From: Hemiscyllium ocellatum
Lineage: Eukaryota
Direction of reading: 5' to 3'
NCBI RefSeq assembly: GCF_020745735.1
Contig: NC_083409.1
Span: 11,072,978 to 11,136,977, forward strand
DNA: 64,000 nucleotides
In this document: piece by piece, positions 58,201 to 64,000 of the stretch
Layout of the letters: the number at the start of each line of letters is the position of its first letter
Numbering within the stretch: the stretch's first letter is position 1
Program-made: the position numbers and the translations under genes
The notes under the pieces: model-generated
The model's database searches: none
What the model was told of the DNA's origin: nothing
The model's input: only the letters and a program-made list of their open reading frames with translations

Positions 58201-58614
58201 TACTCTATCTGCCCAATATTTCTCCAAAGCCCAGCTGTATCTAATATTCAGCAGGATGGACCCCTTCACTGGGAAAGAGTCATTTGTAAATAGAATAATG
58301 ATATATCTCTGAGAATCACATTAATAACCATTTTTATTGAAGCTTTCATGAGTTTTGTGTCGATTGACACAATGCTGTGGTTTGGGCTTTGCTGTCTGTA
58401 CAAACCATCGGGAATGTCTTTGCTGCAATGGTCCACATTTACTTCTTCAAACTCACACTCCAAATATCCATCATTATTCGCCATATCTGAATAAAGGAAT
58501 TAAGAATGTGCTGGAATTTTGGATCTGAAGGTGGAGTCTCCTCCAGAATTGGGAAAATGCAACAATGAGAATCCAGTCAGACAGAGCATTGTCTGGGAGG
58601 AAGGGAGGGAGGAG

Positions 58615-58649
<35 letters not shown>

Positions 58650-58658
58650 GCTCTCTCC

Positions 58659-58692
<34 letters not shown>

Positions 58693-59608
58693 TTTGCTCT
58701 CTCTCTTTCCCCTTCCTTCTCTTTGTCTTTGCCTCACCCCATCTCTCCCTCTCCTCTCTCAGTGTCGATGCTGACTTCAACCTCTGAAGGAGTTCTCTGT
58801 GGGTCAATGTTTAATCGAAGGGGCTGGGTGTCAGTATATTTTCAATGCTGTAGGGTTTATGAGCATGGGAGGAGGGGATTCAGGCTCCATTCTTTGATGT
58901 CAGACAGTGATGCCTGTCCCTGTGGGTCAGACTGTGGTGCTGTTGTTTGCTGGCACCGGCACTATGATATTGATTGCAATGTCACTCAGTGTGACAGGAG
59001 GTTACATGGCGAGATCAGTGGTGAGGGAGAAGACTGAACAAGGAGCTGCAATCATTAGTCATGTTTGAAACCCTTCACATAGCCCTTACATTCCAGAAAC
59101 TTCTTCACCAAAGATTCTTTCAGCTCCTTCATGCCAGCCCTGGAGCTGAAAAGGGAGAAAGAGAAAGGCATCGATTCGAGAGGCTCCTGGACACAATGTA
59201 CACTGTATTCCCCATTAATGACACTCCATCTGTCCACATTGAACTCATTGTTGAAGCTGCAGCCCAGCTCCTGTTCCTATCTGAATGCTTCAGTCAAGGT
59301 GACAGAGAAGGTTCCAGTACAGGAGGAGGCTGTTCAGCCCCTCATGTCAGTGCTAGCTGTTTACTACCTTCATTCACAATGAATATCTCCATTGAATGTC
59401 TCTTGTTGGGAAGTGATTGAATCTAGTTTTAGATTCAGAATGTCTGACAAATATGAACTGCTCAGAGAGAGTCAGCATGGATTTAAAAATGGTCAGACAT
59501 CTTTAACTAACCTTGTTACATTTTTTAAAGAGGTCACTAATGTGTGAGATAAGGGAATGCCAATGGATGCTGTTTATTTGGACTTCCAGATGACATTTGA
59601 AGAATTTA

Positions 59609-59906
59609 GGGCAGCACGATGGCTCAATGGTTAGCACTGCTGTCTCACAGTACCACAGTCCCAGGTTCGATTCCAGCCTTGAGCGACTGTGTGGATTGCA
59701 CATTCTCGCGGGTCTCCTCCGGGTTCTCCGGTTTCCTCCCACAGTCCAAAGATGTACAGATCATGTGAATTTGCCATGCTAAATTGTCCATAGTGTTAAG
59801 TGCATCAGTTAGAGGGAAATGGGTCTGGGTGGGTTACTCTTCAGAGGGTGTTGTGGGCGTGTTGGGCCGAAGGGCCTGTTTCCACACTGTAGAGAATCTA
59901 ATCTAA
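59609..59906 (+). mobile_element. tRNA-derived V-SINE (HE1-like)
   Basis: GGGCAGCACGATGGCTCAATGGTTAGCA, GGTTCGATTCC B box and AATCTAATCT tail. Confidence 0.88.
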
Positions 59907-60099
59907 AACAAAGTTCCACACAACTGTTATTATGTTCTAATTGAAACAAAGAGACGAAGACCAATTATAAACTTATTCTGAACCTTTCGCACAAATGAAT
60001 TCTCAAATATATCTCAAAAATGTTATTGACCCCAAGGCTTTGTCAGAGCAAGATACTGAACGAAATCAGTTTTTGGAGGGAAATGATTCTGCAAAAATT

Positions 60100-61400
60100 A
60101 AAGTTTGTTAAATCAGTAGGGACAAATAAGCTGTTTTCCAGAGTACTTCAGGACATGGTTGTAAAGTATTGGAAACATTGATGGCTATCTGTTTGTGGAA
60201 TAGGTCCTACAGAGTGGAGGGCAGCTAATGTAACACGTTAATTGAAAAAGAGAGAGAGAAAGAAAAAAAATAGAGAAATTTAGACCAATTAAACAGACAT
60301 CAGCAGTGGAGAAAGTTCATGATAAAATATTTTTTGCTTAGCTCTGAGAAAGCAATGACAGAATTGGACAGAGTCAGCATGGCATGTTGAAAGGGAAATC
60401 ATGATTAACAACTCGACTGGAATTGTTTGAGGATGTAGCGAGTAGAGTTGAGAAGGGAGAGACAATGGATGTGGTTTGTTTGGATATTCGAAAGGCTTTT
60501 GATAAGTCCAAGGTAAGATGTTAATCTGTAAAATTAAGGCTCATGTGAGTGTGAGTAGCATATAGACATGGAGGGAGAACTGGTCACCAGACAGGAAACA
60601 AAGAGTCGAAATAAATAGGCATTTTTCAGAATGACAGGTAGTTACTAATGGGGCATCATAGACCTGGATCCCAGCTATTCACGAATATATATCTGAATAA
60701 TTTAAAAGAAGGAACTTAAGAATGATATCTCCAAGTGTGTAAATGGCACCAATCTGGGTGGAAGGGTGAGCTGTGAGGAGAAGGCAGAGATACCTCAGTG
60801 TGATTCGGAGAAGTTGAGAGAATTGCAGATGAAATATAATGTGAGGTTACCCAGTTTAATAGTAAAAATGGGAAGGCAGATTATTTTCTGAATGGTGATA
60901 GATTTGGAAAGGGGAGGTGCAATGAGACCTGGGTGTCCCTGTACATAGGTCACTGAAAGTCAGTGTGCAGGAGCAGCAGGCAATGAAGAAGGTAAATGGG
61001 ATGTTGGCCTTCAGAGTGAGAGGATTCGAGTGCAAGAGCAGGCATGTCTTGCTGGAATTGTACAGAGCCTTGGTGAGATCACACCTAGAGTATTCAATTC
61101 CAAATTGACTCAGTGACAGGAAACAGGGGATGAGGCAGAAAGCTGTTTGTGTTACTGGAGTCCAGTGTTCAGTGGCATACCACAGGGGTCACTACTGGGT
61201 CTCTTTTCAGTTGTGATATATAGAAACAATGTAGATGATAATGTGACTGGGGATGATAAGTAAGTTTGAAGATAACATGGAGAATGGCCTGGTGAAAGAA
61301 GAAGGTTGCAGGAGGATGTAACCGGATTGGTCAGACAGACAGATCAGAAACAGATGGAATTTAACCCAGATAAATGTGAGGTGATGGACTTGGGAAAAAG
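60100..61400 (+). mobile_element. CR1 RT fragments
   Basis: LDIRKAFDK, and MEFNPDKCEVMDLG motifs. Confidence 0.75.
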
Positions 61401-61419
61401 GAACAAGACAAGGGATTCA

Positions 61420-64000
61420 ATAAATAGCAGGACTAGTTGGATTAAGTTAAGCTCAAGGCTAAAAATGGTAGGAGATCCCAGACCTGTGTTCTGCTCATCT
61501 TGCTCAATGTGGGAACTCGGGGATGCAGCTGATGTCCTTGATTTCTTCACGTGCAGGAAGTGTGACCAGCTGCAGCTCCTGTTAGACCACATGACAGCTC
61601 TGGAGTTGTGGATGGACTCACTTTGGAGCATCCATGATTCTGAGGGGGTCGTGGATAGCACGTTTAGTGAGTTGGTCACACTGCAGATTAGGACTGCTGA
61701 GGGAGAATGGGAATCGGCGACCAAAAGGCAGAGAAAGAGCAGGAAGCAGTGCAGGAGTCCCCTGTGTTCATCTCCCTCCAAAACAGGTCGACTGTTTTGG
61801 ATACTGTTGGGGGAGCTGGCTCACCAGGGGAAGGCAGCTGGAGCCAGGTTCATGACACCATGGCTGGCTCTGCTGTACAGAAAGGCAGTAAAAAGTGTTG
61901 AAGGGCTATAATCATCAGGGATTTAATTGTAAGGGGAGTAGATAGGTGGTTCTGTAGTTGAAAACGAGACTCCAAATGGTATGTTGTCTCCCAGGTGCAC
62001 AGGTCAGGGATGACTCTGATCGGCTGCAGGACATTCTGAAGGGGGAGGGTGAACAGCTAGCTGTCATGGTGCATACAGGCACCAATGATTTGATAATAAA
62101 TGGGATGGGGTCCTAAAAGCAGAATTTAGGGAGTTCAGAGTCAAGTTAAAAGTAGGACCTCAGAGGTAGTAATCTCAGGATTGCTACCAGTGCCACTTGC
62201 TAGTCAGTGTAGAAATGAAAGAATAGACAGGATGAATGAGTGGCTTGAGAGATGGTGCAATGGGGAGAGTTTCAGGTTTTTGGGACATTGGAACCGGTTC
62301 TGGGGAAGTGGGACTATTACAAATCAGACCGTCTATACCTGGGCAGGACTGGAGCCAATGTCCTAGCGGGTGCTGTTGCTCATGCTCTTGGGGAGGGTTG
62401 AAACAAATATGGCAGGGGGAAGGGAACAAAATGAGGTGGTTTGTGGACAGTAAGGAGGCAGTAAGTAAAGCCTGTAAGGAACTAGATAATGAAGTCAGCG
62501 TGACGAAGGGGAAGAATAGGCAGAGGGAAGATGAAGAATGCAAAGCGACAGGTAGTCTGAGGTGCATTTGTTTTAATGTGAGAAATGTGATAGGTTAGTC
62601 AGAGGAATTCAGGGATTGGATTAGTACCTGGGAGTATGATGTTATTGCTATTACTGAGAGTTGGCTGAAGGAAGGACAAGCTCAACAAATAATTATCCCA
62701 GGATATGGATGCTTCAGGTTGGATAGAGACGGGGGTAAAATGGGGTGGAAGAGTTACATTACAGATCAGAGAGGATATCACAGCTGTGCTGAAGGAGGGC
62801 ACTATGGAGGACTCAAGCAGTGAGGCAATATGGGCAGAGCGCAGAAATAGGAAGGATGTGGTAACAATGTTGGGGCTGTACTACAGGCCTCCCAACAGTG
62901 AGCATGGGATAGAGGAACAAATATGGAAACAGATTATGGAAAGATGCAGGAGCAATAATGTGGTGGTGATGGGAAATTTTAAATTTCCCAACATTGACTG
63001 GGATTCACTGAGAGTTAGAGGTTTAGATGGAGCAGAATTTGTAAGGAGCATCCAGGCAGGTTTTATAGAGCAGTATGTAAATAGTCCATCTCAGAAAGGG
63101 GTCATATTGGACCTGGTGTTGGGGAATGAGCCCGGCCAGGTGGTTGAAATCTCAGTCGGGGATTGCTTTTGGAAGAGTGATCACAATTTCATAAGTTTTA
63201 GAATGCTCATGGATTAAGAAGAGAGTGGTCCTAAAGGAAGAGGACGAAAGTGGAAGAAGGCCAACTATCCCAAAATTTGGCAGATGATGGGAATGTAGAC
63301 TGGGAGCAAAAGTTTGAAGGTAAATCCATATTTGATATGTGGGAGGGTTTGAAAGAGAGGTTGATTAGAGTGCAGGACAGACATGTCCCTGTGAAAATAA
63401 GGGCAGAAAATGGTAAGATTAGGGAATCCTGGATGACAGGTGAAATTGTGATACTAGCTAAGAGGAAAAAAGATGCATACAGAAGGTCTAGGTGGCTGAA
63501 AACAGATGAAGCTTTGGAAGAATATTGGGAAATAGGACCAATCTGAAAAGAGGAATTAGAAAGGCGAAAAGGGGTCATCAAAGCTCATGAACAAACAGGG
63601 TTAAGGAAAATCCCAAAACCTTTTATTCATATATAAGCAGCAAGAGGGTGACTAGAGAAAGGGTTGGCCCAGTCAAGGATAAAGGAGGAAAGTTAGGCAT
63701 GGAGTCAGAGAAAATGGGTGAGATTCTGAATGAGTACTTTGTGTCGGTATTCACCAAGGAGAGGGAAAAGATGGATGTTGAGGTTAGAGATAGATGTTTG
63801 ATTACTCTAGGTCAAGTCGGCATAAGGAGGGAGGAAGTGTTGGGTCTTCTAAAAGGCATCAAGGTGGACAAGCCCACAGATCTGGATGGGATCCATCCCA
63901 GGTTACTGAGGGAAGCGAGAGAGGAAATAGCTGGGACCTTAACAGATATCTTTGTAGCTGCCTTGAACATGGCGGAGATCCCAGAGGACTGGAGAATTAC
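61420..64000 (+). mobile_element. CR1 LINE 5' portion (ORF1 Zn-finger/zipper/esterase, EN, start of RT); runs off the window
   Basis: CSSCSMWE..TCRKCDQL (ORF1); RCICFNVRN, TESWL, LGLYYRPPNS, VMGNFKFPNIDW, LDLVLGNE and KSDHN (EN); LNEYFVSVFT. Confidence 0.9.

Overview
Eukaryotic, repeat-rich DNA, almost certainly from a shark or other elasmobranch (HE1-like V-SINEs, shark-type CR1 LINEs, and a cartilaginous-fish V-J-C immunoglobulin cluster). The species cannot be fixed from sequence alone. Three main components. (1) A minus-strand, unrearranged Ig kappa (type III/NS4-like) light-chain cluster: promoter, leader 39227-39275, V 38767-39068 with a canonical 12-RSS, J 38212-38246 with a 23-RSS, an 8.6-kb LINE-filled intron, and C 29294-29623. 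The C exon is one base out of phase with the J splice. The V-J unit is bracketed by a ~98% identical inverted copy of its own leader. (2) A decayed endogenous retrovirus (1167-9659) with LTRs, a tRNA-Ser-like PBS, gag, pol lacking protease and the RT core, and a gamma-type env. Its env appears to take a signal peptide from a small exon upstream of gag. It also carries a calcium-binding-EGF-type motif (CTNTIGSYECSCP) where the receptor-binding domain should be; this is the most novel signal in the window. (3) Many CR1 and L2-like LINEs, SINEs, Penelope-like elements (some with hammerhead-ribozyme-like motifs), a Gypsy remnant, microsatellites and one assembly gap. Most ORFs in the supplied track are TE fragments or spurious. 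Family assignments come from motif recognition, not database searches, and TE boundaries are approximate.
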